64,000 nucleotides of DNA. Origin: Microbotryum violaceum (lineage: Eukaryota). The notes below the pieces were generated by a model. The model ran no database searches, was not told the origin of the DNA, and saw only the letters and a list, made by a program, of their open reading frames with translations. The stretch covers positions 868,001 to 932,000 of the forward strand of contig CDLV01000012.1 of assembly GCA_001244265.2 (NCBI GenBank), read 5' to 3'. A program made the translations under genes and the position numbers. Shown here in pieces: positions 26,089-39,383 of this stretch; position 1 is the stretch's first letter; each line of letters opens with the position of its first letter.

Positions 26089-29078
26089 CTAAATTTGCGC
26101 CGCCTTGAGCTTATCCGTCAGCACCTTCAACTCCTCCTTCAAACCCTTCAACGTCGCGACTTCCTGATCAACGTTACCCTCCTTGGTTTCTCCCATCTTG
26201 AACTTCCTGACCACATCACCCTGGACCTTGATCTTGTCCTCCAACTCCAGCTGTTCCGGCGATTTCGGACCGGCCGATGCAGCCGCAGCTTCAGCAGCTT
26301 TCTTGGCTTCCTTCGCAGCCTTCTGTTGCGCTTTCTTCGATAGAGGAGCTTCGCCCGTTGCCGTTGCGGCATCAGCGGGCTTGGCCGCGCTTCCTCCACC
26401 GAACTGGGCCCTCCAAATAGGAACTTGCTTCGGATCGATCCTCGTGAACAGGTAATCCGCCTGCCCCAATCGATGCTCCGGTAACAGATCGATCTCGAAC
26501 TTATCCGGGATCGAGCGAGGCGTCGCGTCCAATTGACGATAAATCGAATCCGACGTCGAAGGCATAAAAGGGTGCAAGATCGAGCCTAGGACGTAGATCA
26601 AGTTGAGGACGAGGAGCACGACTTCTTGAGCTCGTTTAGGATCGGAAGCGAGGAGCGCGTTATCGACGTGGTTGTCTTGAATAAACTGATTGCCTCGGGA
26701 CGAGATTTGCATGACCGTTTGGAGACCGGCACGGATCTTTTGGTGGTCCATTTGGTCGATGAAGGTCGTGAGGAATGTGTTGATGTCGTTGACGAAGGAT
26801 TGGTCTTTCGAAGGGATGGGGAAAGCTTCGGTCGCGTAATCAATCGAGCCTTGGTTCGGATCGGGGATGACGGAATCGAATTTCGCAATGACGAATTTGA
26901 TCATGCGGTTGACGAAGTTGCCCAAGTTGTTCAACAGTTCGGCATTGGCCTTGGCGACGAAATCGTCCCATGTGAATTCGGAATCGTTCGTCTCGGGGCG
27001 GTTCTGTAACAGGTAGTAACGCCAAACCGAGGCGGGGACACCAGTCTCACGTGCGTTGGAGCCGAATACACCGACATTCTTGGATTTGGAGAACTTTGTG
27101 CCTTCGTATTGAAGGTATTCGGTCGTGCTGATTGAGTGCAGCATCGTCCATGGATCGGTCGTGCCGAGCAAGTAGGCGGGGAAGAGGACGGTGTGGAATG
27201 GGACTGCAGGTGCAAATGACATGGAGTCAGATCAGGAAGTGGAGAGTAAAGGGTCGGGATCGACCACTCACCATTGTCCTATATCGTCAACGGAGGCCGA
27301 GAATCACACGAGTCAGTACACACGCACGAGTCGACCCTCAAAGTCCCAAACTAACCTTGCCCATGAACTGGTACAACTTGACGTTGTCCGGATTCCTCCA
27401 CCAACGCTGCCATTCATCGGTGTAGTTCGCCGTAATGGAAGGGTATCCAATTGGCGCATCGAACTGTGTCACCAGAGCATTCATCAGCAAGATGACTCCC
27501 TCTTCGCACCTCGTAAGTGAAAATGCCCCCCGGACTTACCCAAACATACATGACCTTGTTCTCCCACTTCTCTCCCAACTCCTTGGGCAGCCTGACGCCC
27601 CATTCCAAATCCCTTGTCATACCGCGACTCTGCAACCCCCTTTTCAACCAGCCATTCGTAAACGCCATGCCGTTTGCTGACCAGTCACCCTCCGAACTGG
27701 CTTTCTCGACCCATGCTTCGATTTTGGGTTGTAGTTCCTTGAGCTTGATGTGCAGGTGGGCGGTAACGCGAGCGGTTGGTTTAGATCCGCAGGCTGAGCA
27801 TCGAGGGTTGACGAGTTCCATCGGGGATTCGTACGTGACGGAGCAGAACTCGCACTGATCACCGCGCGCGCCCTGTGCGGTGGAGATCAGAGGCACATCA
27901 GCTGCTTTGTACTTTCGTTTCGTCAAAGGTGGCGATGGACGTACATCATAACCGCACTTGGGGCACGTTCCTTCGACGTATCGGTCGGCCAAAAAACGCT
28001 TATCGGTCTCGCAGTACAACTGCTGGTTTTCATGCTCCTCCAACCATCCGTTCTGATACAGCTTGAGGAAGATGTCTTGGCAGATCCTACACACCAAGTC
28101 CGAAAGGCCCAGGTTAGTACCCCAAGGGCTTGGCCATGAATCTCTCCGACGCGACGCACTCGGTCTGTTTCGGGGTCGACGTCCTGCCAAAGTGGTCGAA
28201 ACCGATTTCGAACCATTCATAGGCCTCGGCGTGCAATTTGTGGTCTGAGCCGCTCACCCGGACAAATGATTGCTCCGTCAGTTTGGGCTGCAACAGTACA
28301 ATGACCATACAGCGTACATTTATCGCACAATGCTTGCGGGCCCAGGCCTTCCTTGGCGGCCATGACTTCGGTCGTTGTACCGTACTCGTCCGTTCCGCAA
28401 ATCTAGAGCCGAATAAAGGCCGAGAAAACGCCGAGGTGGGGGTGGCAGGAGAAACGTGTCGTCGCAGGGAGAAGCCAGGCAGTCAGATCCGGAACCTTGC
28501 AAGCAAAGGCACACGGAATTTTCATGTCGCGACCCGTGCTTGTTGCGTCGAGTGTCTTGTGTACACGAATAAGAATCGTACACTGCGCCCGGACTCACGT
28601 AGAGGACCCTCGCATTGCGCTGCCTCTGATACCTCGCAAACACATCCGCAGACAGCGTCGATCCAATGATGTTGCCTGTTACGAATCACGATATCCACCA
28701 CTATCAGCGCACACCCCTACAGACCTTCAATCTGCCTCCATGACCCCTATCGACCCCCGAACGACCACCCCCAAGTCAAGGCTCCTCGACATCTGCCGAC
28801 GACGCACCCAAATGCGGCTGATTGTTGACATACGGCAACGCCGACGTGATCAACACGTTCTTCTCCCCATCCTCGGCGATACTGTTCCCACCTCGTCGGG
28901 CAAGGCAAACGAGGAAGTCAGTCGTTCCGCTGGGTAAAACAGCCGTGGCTTCAGCGCTAGGTGGTGATACGTACACTTTGCCTTGGGCGTTGCGATAATC
29001 GACCAATCCGACGCCGGCGCGGATCTTGCGTGTGGAAGAAGTCGAGTCGGACGCTTTAGCTGGGAAAGGGGAGGCCAT
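26089..29078 (-). CDS. MES1: Cytoplasmic methionyl-tRNA synthetase with C-terminal WHEP-like extension
   Basis: [27 protein letters not shown], zinc knuckles [41 protein letters not shown]. Confidence 0.97.
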
Positions 29079-29460
29079 GATGGTGGGAGGTCGGGTGTGT
29101 GTTCTCGAGAGCGGCCGGAAGAGAAGGAGAGCGAACCCCCACCCCTCGCTTCCGCTTTCGAGTCAAGAAAAAGCCACCAAGAGTGCCAAGTCGCAGGTCC
29201 GCCTCTCGCACGGACTTCCCTCGGCGAACGGCGGTATCGATCCGAGAGCGGGGAAATTACGATTGCACACGGCACAGCATCACACCAAAACATGAAAACG
29301 GATCCAGCAAAAAAAAGGGGAGAAAAATCAGATCAAAAGTCTCCACAGCTTTCAACCGTCCAAAAGCCGACAAAGGCTGGGTCTTCACCAAAATCGCGAA
29401 AATCGCCCCGTTCATTCCCTCTCGACGTCGCGATCGACTCGGCCGTAGTCGACGTCGCCC

Positions 29461-32400
29461 TTAATCAACTCTCACCCCCAACACTGGCAGCGAACTCGTC
29501 GTTGTCGTCCGAACAGACCCATCCGTCTCATCGTACGAAGGTAAGCCCATCGAAGCCGAAATGGGCGTCACCCCACCTCCCAAGAACCCTCGCGAAGCTA
29601 CCTCGTAATCCGGTACCCTCGATAACCAGTCCACCGGCTCTGACTCTTCCTCGATGTCCTCTTCCCCGTCGTAGTGGTTCGGTCCATGATGCTGCGAGTG
29701 ATGGTGGTGGTGTCGTTGATTACCAATCGTGCCTAGCCCGTGCGCATGCGTGCTGCGGTGAGAGGAGGACAAAGGTGACGGCACCGGCGAAGGGGAAGAA
29801 GCCGTTAACGACGCTGAAGTAGAACCCGCCAGCGCAATCGCCGGATTTGCAGGTGGGAACGCCGCTAAGGTACTCGGTGATGCCGAATTTGGAGGAGTAT
29901 GCGAGGTCGAGCTTGAGTTAGACATGGCTGCATGCGTGTGCGTTTCAACGGGAGCGGACGACGACGCTCGTTGCGTTTTGGCGGCATGCATCGCCAACGC
30001 ATGCGACAGAGCGGATGCCGAAGGATGGTGGTCGAACGCTGTCGAGATCGGTGGAGAGCTCATGCAAGAAGAACCGTGCGAGTGGCTCCCAGAAGCGTGT
30101 TGGAGAGATGAGCTCGAGCCGGTGCGTGAGAAGGAGGTGAGCGGACGCAGCGGTTTGGGGATATGGAGGTGGAACAAGCCACCATTGCCACCACCTGAAG
30201 ACGCGGCAAGAGATAGGGTGCTAGCTGCTCCATTGTTGGGTGTAGGAGGGCCGGAATGACGTCGCTCCGGACTCGCTGGCCTCGAGGACTGTCGCGAGCC
30301 GGCACGGCTGCCCGGTCGACTTCCCGGACGACTTCCTGGCCTCGAACTTGGTCTTGAGCCGGCAGGAGAGGTGTGATCGAGCGTGAGCGTGTTCATCAAC
30401 TCGGAATCGAACCAATTGCGGTGATCCTCGGGATGTTCCTCGTCAAAGTCGTATCCGTCTCCTGGCGGGGTCGTGATAGGGGTCGCCGTGCCCGAACTTC
30501 GTCTCGACCCCTCGCGGTAGGCTCGGTGTTGCTGCGAGAGCGCGGAAAGGCCGCTGAACCCATGGTGGAGGTGCGAGCTGCTGCTGCTGTGACTTCGATG
30601 AGGCGAGGCAGGTCTCGAGTTAGGAGGTGAATGCGCCGGTGTCGCTCCTGCACCCGGTGTGCCCGGCCCCGGCGTGACACCAGGAGATCGGTGACTCCAC
30701 GGAGTCGGGAGGAACCCAGAGGCCAGCGAAAAGTACGACGCCGTCTCGGCATTCGCGACTCGGTCCCGCACATGGTCTTGGTAAGAAGGGAGGTCGACTT
30801 GAGGAACATCGGAATGGGCCAGCACCCCGGACTCTCCAAAGAGCAAGTTGCGCGAACCGGCCGAGGCGAGTTGGGCCTCCTCCGCCAGCGTCGGCGAGAG
30901 GATGTGGATCGGCAGGGCACACCGCAGCTCGGACACATGACCGTCGGGGTTTCGAATGAAGGCGCTCCATTTTATCTTATGGCTGACGAAGCAAGGGTGC
31001 ACGTTGTGGGTCGGGCAAGTCCAGACAGGTACCGGCACCTCGATGACGACGTCTACTTCAGTATCCTGTCCATCATCAACGAGTGGCTCCTCACCTGCTG
31101 GATCCTCGCCTTCACCGGCCAGATGGGCACGCGGAGGTAATGCACGGATACCGCTTGAGCTACTTCCCGCAATCGCGTTCCCGTTCCGGCCAGCCCCAGA
31201 GAAGGAGCGGCTGAAGCCGCCTGCGGCGTGGTCGAGAGCAGGTGAGGCCAGAGGACCGCTGGACTCGACGCGGACTGGGTGCGGCAAATCGGGTCGGGCC
31301 GGAGTTGCCGAGGCGTTCGACGTGCCTTGGTCGGAAACAAAGTTGTACTTGACAACGGTGGCATCGCGAGCTTCCGAGTGCGACGAACTTTTGGAGTGCA
31401 CGGTGCTGTGTTTGGGATCAAACGCTGCTCATCAGCACGGGAGGAGAGCTGGCCGAAGGTACCACAACACTTACGTGTGCTCGCGAATGGTGGTGACCAA
31501 TGATACGATCCGCACCCCTTTTGCCAGGGGTGAGAATTTAACCGAAACGGGGACAGTCTCGCCAGCGGCGTAGGCCTTGTGGGGAATCGTGAAGGCGTAC
31601 ATGACCTAGAACGAGGGGTAGTCTCACCGTCAGCGGCTTCTCGAATTGTAAGCTGCACTTCACTACCGGTCACAAGCTCACCTTGCCGGGCCAGGTGTTT
31701 TCTGATTGGCATAATCGAGAGAGGCCCGAAGCGAATACAGGCAATGGTGTCGAAGGTGGGGCGGTAAAGGGGTGCCAGCAGGCAGGGCACACATGGGACG
31801 AAAGGGGGGGTAGGGCGTTCAGCGAAGGTGTCGAATTAGCTAAGCTCGTCGCATAGTCTTCGAAATGTGATTCAGATACGCACCAATCTCCAACGTCTGG
31901 TTGTACTCGACCGCATCGATGGCGAAGCCGCGGGTGATCTTGACGACCCGCTTGGCCCTCCAGTCCGCGGCGGCGAATCCGGAGCGGGTTGCGACGGCCT
32001 TGAGCTTGTACTCGATCATGCACGCGCCGGAGTAGGTCCTCAGACTAGCAGGTAGAGATCCAGGTATATGGAGCGAAAAGGGAAACACATGCCGCCCCGC
32101 TTTGAGCGTGTGCGGGTGCGAATGCTTGATCGCCGGGTGGGGCGTCGAGCTCGAGGACGGGTTGAGGAAGGCAAAGTCGTGGTAGAAGAGTGGGAAGTCG
32201 TGGTGGTGTGTTGACGTGTCCCTCCAACTGACTTTGGCTCTGTGGACAGGGGGGAAAGGAGAGGAAGAATGATGCAAGGGTAAGATAGCGTATCGCATCA
32301 ATCAGCTTTCCGGGGAATAGAGCGATTAGGATCTGTGCTTGGGATCGCTTCGCGAACGGGGGAGCACCGTGCAAGTTCGCCCGCCAGAGACGTCCGGAGG

Positions 32401-32634
32401 GCATAACATTGCGGCAAGGAAGCACACTTACGTTCCCGTAAAGTTGAGACTGATCTCCTTGAGGGTAGTGGTGTCGTGGAGGTTGAGTACGAGCCCACCA
32501 TTGAGCACAGCCGGCTCGAGGTCCTCGCCCGTAAGCCCTCGCAACACGAGCTCGGACGATTCGAGGTGGATCTCGAGCGGCTCGACGTGGTGCGAGTGCC
32601 CGTGCGACAGCGATGATGACGACGAATGGGGCAT
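29461..32634 (-). CDS. Alpha-arrestin (Rod1/CreD-like Rsp5 adaptor)
   Basis: LKAGRHVFPFSLHIPGSLPAS, IEYKLKA, QTLEIENTWPGKVMY, HKIKWSAFIRNPDGHVSELRCALPI, PY-type motifs LPSY, VPDY and LPSY. Confidence 0.92.
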
Positions 32635-33940
32635 CTTGGAGCGAACAGTTGCAGGGCAAGCTGGCCCACGATCTGGACCAGCGCGAGTCGAGTTGGACCG
32701 ACGGTCACCGGTCACCGACAGAACGAGCTTGTGGTCGTTGAGCTCGCTATTATAGCCCGGGCGAATCAGTCCGCGGCCGGGATTGGCGAACTCACCCCCT
32801 CTTGTCGACGCGATGACTTGGGGGGAACGAGCTGGTCGGCTGTAGCTGGGAGGGTATCAGTTCTCGAGGTGGAGATGGCAAGTGACGACGGGGATGGGCC
32901 AAGGTGATCGGGCAAAAGCGAGAGAGGAAGCGCAAGCGAATGCCGTCCAAATGAGGAGAAGAAGCAGCAGTTGGGATGTTTGCAAGCGAATCGAGCGAGC
33001 GCGCCAGTACAGCGCGCGCGCCTTCGGCCAGCAGGGCTGCGAATGACGAGAGCGGCCAGCGCCAATCGGCGCCAATCAGCCGCGCATATCAAGCTCGGTG
33101 GTACTCCTTACTACAGATCCAGCGATCGGCAGCCAGAGGTAACAAGCACCTCTTCTGGCGGATCAAATGAAAACAAATTATTGCCGGCTCATACTCATGT
33201 AATTCTACACCACGTCAAGGAACTACCAGATCCAGGGCCTAGACCAGAATTTTCTAGTCTCGCTCGGTTGACGTTAATCGGGCAGAGCTCAGCTCGGACG
33301 TCCCAAGTCAGGGACACCTTTATCGATTGCCGCTTGAGCTCGCTATCGCCATACAACTCAACAGATCTGTGGTGAAACGTGCTTGTGCTTTTTGGTGACC
33401 TGGCTCAATTTTTTCTTTCTTTCCTGCGCCAGATGCCATGACTCGTGCCTCGAAAGTGCGGCCCGGATGAAACATCGACTATCGTTCACGTGACCTTCCG
33501 GAGCACGTGACTTCAGCGCTTCAAATTCAGCCGAGAGCCCGCCGAGACCCGGCCGAATTCCTCCGCGTTCGCACTCGCAGCTTCTCTTCAGCCGTTGTCC
33601 CTTCTCACATCTCAGCACTTCCAAACTATCCACCCACTGGTCCTCCGAACGACCATATTGGATTCATGCTCGGATCGATGGCCTCGCCGTCTTGCCGACA
33701 GGGATCACCTCCTGATGGCGTTTCCTCCCATTGATCTTCACACAAGACAAGGCGAGATATTGCTCCATTCCATACAGTAACACTTACTTCCAAATTGCTT
33801 GATGTGCCCCAAGCATACGATGCTAATAGAATAATCACCGAAATACGAATCCGTCCTGAGATGGCCCCATCCCGATCCCCCACGTGAATCAGTGACACTT
33901 CCGAACGCCTGTTCTTGCCCCGAGACCGCTCTCCACTTCA

Positions 33941-36900
33941 TCATCGCTTTTGTCTCTTGTTCGCTCGAGCCGCATACAACGTGTGCCCAATATCTCTAAG
34001 GTCGTTCAAGGAAGATGCGGGTTCCGGCGCAAGCAGAGTTTTCGGTCTCACAACCGAGTGCGCCTTCGTGATACCCGCCAGCGACTTTTTGATCGCCATC
34101 AGCTCGAGCTGGAAGAGGAAGCATGGTCAAATTTTGTTCTTTCGGCGCACAAAGCAAAGTTCCCCAAAAAGATGGACTGACCATCCCCGGGGCGACTTTC
34201 ATTCCCTGAATGCCCTTCGCCGCTCCAACCTGACCATGCACTTTAGCCCAAAGCGCATCCGTCTTGAGACCCAAGATGTCGCGATGACACATATCATATA
34301 CGAACTTGAACCTTGCTTCCTTGCCGGCTTCTCTAAAATCGACACGTTTGAAAGGACGGGGTCCGCGTAAGGCGACGAAGGGGGAGTCCACGATCATGTC
34401 GTCCCTTGTTGCTTGGGAAGTCGAGGGTGCCGAGGTGGCATTCGTCGACGTCTCAGAGGTCTGGGAGAGGACCAGTCCCGTTCCAGGGATCAACGAAGAT
34501 CGACTGCTGTTGCTGGATCGAGTGCCCAATTGTGGCTTCCCTACACTCTTCGGCTCGACCACGCACACTCGATCGATCTCGGCTTCCCACTCCCCTTGAG
34601 AACCAGTGAAGAGTGAATCCCCCGAGATGGAGATATCATCGCTCATGAGATGCTGCGGACTCGGGCTCGACGTGCGATGAACCCCGAGCATTTGCTCAAC
34701 TTTGTCGGCATCCTCGTCGTCGGAGTCGAGGTCATCTAGTGTGGGTGCACTACTTGGCTTCGTGTACGAGACGATAGGGGCGGGAGCGACGGCTTTCAGT
34801 CTTTCGAACAGTGAGGTCGAAGAGGTGGAGGGTTCTGGCATGAGAGGTTCGAGGTAGCAACACGACGCCTGCAACAAATTTGAGTCAGCTTTCAACTGCA
34901 AAAACGACTGGCTGTGCCATACGAATACTCACAATCAACGTCCTCGCCGCTTTCGCCCCTTCCAATCCCGACAACCTAGCCGATCCAAAATGATCCCCGT
35001 CCAAGATCGACCAAAGCTTCCTCGAGCAATTGACAAGATCCTCCTTCTGGTTCTTGGACGACGACTTCCATGCACTGGACGATTTCGGTGAAGGCGATCC
35101 AGGTACTTGGTACGCTTTGCGGATCTCGTGCTTTGAGTCCCTTTCTCTGGCCCAGGAGAATAGGAGCATCTTGTAGTCGCTCCAGGCCGTCTGCGCGGGC
35201 GAAAGGACGTCAGCATCAGCTGGGCGCAGCAAACCACATCAAGTGAGAAGCACAAAACAACGCACTTTAACATGCTTAAGAATCATCTCCAAATCGCTAT
35301 AATAAGCAGTCCCCTCGACGGACCTCCCCTGCTCCACCCTCGCCATCGCCCACGCCCTCCTCCAAGGGCCCGCCAAATCCTCATCCACATCCGCCTTCCA
35401 CCCTTGCGACACCTCCCTCCATTTCGCAGGTGCCTTATCCAATGCCAGTCGACCTTCTTTCACCAGCTCGTCCATGACATGCTTCCCTAGCCCGATAGGA
35501 CGAGTCGCGAATTTCTGAGCTCGAAGATCGGCGTCGAGTCGACCTTCCTCCCTTTCGGTCCATTCGGGCGTTAGCAGGCCAGGGGGAAGTTGAGCCTTAA
35601 TTTTGGGCCAGTACCGATCGTTGAGACTGAGACCCTGTTTCCTTCCATCCAGAGCGCGGGCAAAGAGGTGACCAAACAGGCAAGTTTTGGGGTGGTCTAA
35701 CCCGAGGGAGTAAGCCAGCTTGGTGTGCAATTTCGAAAGTTGCCCAAATCGAGCGTCTTGGAATAGACCCGAAATGAGCATTCGAGACAGTCCATTCGAA
35801 TTTGCTTGATTGATCAAGGGGAGGACGGAGTTGGACACTTTGCGACGATCGACGGCAAAGAACTCGGCGTCGCGGAAGGGTGGGTCGGCGAAAGATGGGT
35901 CTGCTTTTCTAGCGTCGAAGGCTTCAACGATCGTCGGGTCGGTGATGATCAAAAGCTTATCACCTGTGACCAGGAACTTCTACATTAGCATCTCGTCCGT
36001 CAGAAAGAGAAGGAGTCTAATACAATTTTAGACTTGCCATCATAATCTCCACCCGAAAGAATTGAACAAGCTGCCCTCTTGCCTTTGGAAGGAAGAATGA
36101 TCAAGTCATAGACATTGCGGAACTCAGGATGAAACACAGCCTTGAACTTCTGTACATCGCAAGGCTGGATAGCCGGCGGTCGGGTGACGAGTACATTCCC
36201 TGCAACGACGTTGCTGAACCGTGAGCCGTTCTGGATCGCCTCCGAGGCTTGGAAAAAGATCTCGCCTTCGTTGAGGAGGCCGAGGTGGTCGGCGACGACG
36301 AGGGCAGTGCGACACTGTTCCGAAGTCAACTTGAAAGACGTGTTGCGCTTGATTTGGTCTTGGGCGATCCAATCCAATTTGGCACCCAGGGGTGGGCATG
36401 CCCCGACCGTCCCCCCGTCGGGTGAAAACCCAGCCTGGATCATTTCGACGACGAGCTCAAGGATCGTATTCGGTGCTCCAGACGACGCATCCAAACGCCC
36501 ATCCAGTACAAAACCACTCGAATCATCCTCGTGTTCGCCAACTTCAACATCGTCGATCAAGTCTTCCCCCTCCCAAGCATTGTCCCGAATCGTCGCGGGG
36601 TCCGACGAGGAGCGAGCTTTGAACAACCGTTCCTCGTGCACTCGCGTCGTTTTTTCGATATGATAGAGTACTTGTCCGAGATCTTTGAAGTCAAAGAATG
36701 GGTCGCAGATCGCCTGGAGTTGCTTCTTGAGCAGCTCGCGAAAGATTTGGACGGGGACGCCGCAATGTGCGAGCACTTCAAACGTTTGCTTCCCCTGCAT
36801 AGCACAAGGTGTGGAGGAGTTGTTAGCACGAGGTCGAATCAATAGGTAGCTTGAATACTGACCAGTTTTGCAGAGTCTCTCGGAGAAGGTATCGAATGCA

Positions 36901-39383
36901 GCTCAAAGGTGAAACGCTGTGTCTGAGCATCGTCAAATTTCCACTGCGAGTCCCTCACTTCGATGAAAGAGGCCTCGGTACCCCACGGCGAGAGTGGAGC
37001 CACGGTCCATACACCTATGAGAGGATCGTGCATCAGTACTGAAGGCCGCTTCAAAGGGGGGTGGTCCTTGTTCGCACCTTTCCCAGGTCCCAGACGTCCT
37101 TGCGCCGCGGGTGGGAGGCCTCTTAGCAACCGACCGTCTCCCTCAGCCGCTGTCAACTTCTCCGCGATTTGGGACATGGCCTGGTTCATAAAGCAGATCA
37201 AAAGTCAATTCAGCGCCCAAGCAAGCGCGCTCAAGATAATTTGTACTTGCCGCATCAGATATCAACCCGCAGCCATCCGTCATCACGATCTCCGAAACCA
37301 TATGCGGATCATCACTTGTAAGATACTCGACCTCTGCCCTCGCAGGTTTCATCTCCGTTCGGATCGATCGCCCATCCTTCATTTTCATTTCGAACACGAT
37401 GGAGACCACATCAAACCTTGCTGAATGACCCGCTTGCGCCCATACCTGAACGAAAGAGGGGCCCGTTACAGCAGCTGGTAAAGGAGTTCCAAGCGGGGTC
37501 GATTGTACGACCGCGATATGCGGACAGGTGTTATAGTCGAGTCGCCAGACCATCGCTCGTCGAGCCACGCCGTTCGGTCCAGAAATTTCGTATGTTCCTC
37601 TGATTGCACCTGTGTTGAGGCCAAGAGCAGTTTTTCCAGTGAGTTAGGATTTGCTGCACATGCGGCTTTGTAGTCTCCGACGCGTCAGGGCGTCAGGGCG
37701 AGAATACTGACTGGGAAGATAATCAGGCGGTAGACGCTCGTCCAATTCACTGTCATCCAGGTCACGCAAAGCGGTATAGACCTTGTGCATCATGGCATAC
37801 GATACGGTCAAAGAATCCGACATGAGGTCCGGGACGCGTAAGACATGAGCCCGTGGGAAGGCCACGGTTGGGATAGTCGGTGTGAGGCCGAGTTCGAATC
37901 GTGCGGCCCATTTCGCGACCGACATGGAGTGATTCAAGTTGACGTCGATATACTGTGAGGCGGTAGACAACACTGGGACAAATAAACCCCAATCCTTCTG
38001 TACAAGCTCGTGCCACGCTGAGCTCATCCTACTACCCACATTCTGACAAAACTTGATGAGCGAGATCGTGGGTATCCGAGGGCCCGAGGCACACCAATAG
38101 ATCATCGCATCGTCTTTGTGACAAAAGGGGAAGTACTGACGTCCAAAAATACTGATGGGATGGTGAAAGAACTGCTGGATCGTCGAGCGCAGAGGATCCT
38201 TCGAGTCCGAGTCAAGAGATGCAGTGTGGATCAATTTGCGTTCAATCTTGAGCCGAAAGAAACGATCCGAACCGTAACGCCGGAAGATGTTGCTCCCCAT
38301 GCCAACGTGTGCGGGACAGAGCCTAACGACAAGCTTCTTGGTCTGTGCATCGACTGTCAAATCGCCCGTAAAGTGGATCGTCCCAAGTTTGAAAGCAGCT
38401 TGCATCTCCTCGAGCGACTCTTGTTCTGGGATTCGCGACCAGAGCGATTCTTTTGGCGCGTCGAAGCGACGCGCGCTTGATCGGCCTACGAGGGACTGCA
38501 GGTGGTCAACCATGAGTTTAAGGTTGGGGGGTTGAGTCATAAGTGTATAGGTTTCCCAGTTGATGCTCGACTGCGGAAGGCCCTGGTGTAGTGCTCGCGC
38601 GTGCTCCCATTGGTGAAGCTTTGACGGGCAACAGCTGGGGTCAGCTGGGTGAAAGCAGTTTTCGAGTGGGTTCAACAAGAAACTGACCCAAGAGCAGGTA
38701 TGCTCGAGCCTTTGTCGATGAAAGCGAGCGGAGACGATGCAGACATGGGCAGTGTCGCCCGCTTCGCACAGGTGTCCTATAAATTTTCGCACACCTCTTT
38801 GGGCGCGTCAGCAAAACAATCCCGAAGAGCAGGAGCGCGTCTGGTAGAGAGGAGTCACGTGAGCGAAAGGCGACTTGCCGGAATCTTGCGCCTGAATCAA
38901 GGTCCAAGACCAGACAACAGTTGATCTAGTATTGGAGGAGGGGATGATTTTTGGGGTGTTCGAGGTGGGCCTTCTTGACATGAGTGGGCTCCGCACCTTT
39001 TTCGTCGGAGCTGGTAGTGGTGCTGCCGAGTCCTCTGGCGCGCCGGCCTCGACCGACTCTTCTCTTTGGGCGACGCTGGTCGGAACCGGATCAGGCAGTG
39101 GGGCCAAACCAGTCGTAGTAGAACTCGAACAAGTGGCCGATCCACCGAGATTAATACTTTGAAAAGGCTTCTTGAGGTCTCCAGGCATTTGCATTTGTAC
39201 TGGAGCAGCGTCTTGCGCCACCTGGGGTCTCGGCCTCGCTCGAGCGCTTGAAATTGCCGCCGGGGTCGTGTAGGGCACAAGCAGCGTGAACGATCCCGAC
39301 CGTGAAGCCCACGACGAAAACGAAGACGACGAAGACGACGACTGTGCGAGCCGCTGTGCAGAATCCGACTTTGCTGGTGCCAT
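33941..39383 (-). CDS. Cellular RNA-dependent RNA polymerase of the RNAi pathway, QDE-1-like
   Basis: FRRYGSDRFF, KWAARFELGLT, TDGCGLIS, QGRLGPGKGVW, EVRDSQWKF, VADHLGLLNEGEIF, VLVTRPP..PCDVQK, LSGGDYDGD (spliced); the last exon ends ..NKRQKR* at 33941. Confidence 0.93.

Noticed and set aside
37284..37823. RdRP insertion as an intein
   Set aside because: No terminal His-Asn followed by C/S/T, and no recognisable Hint or homing-endonuclease motifs.
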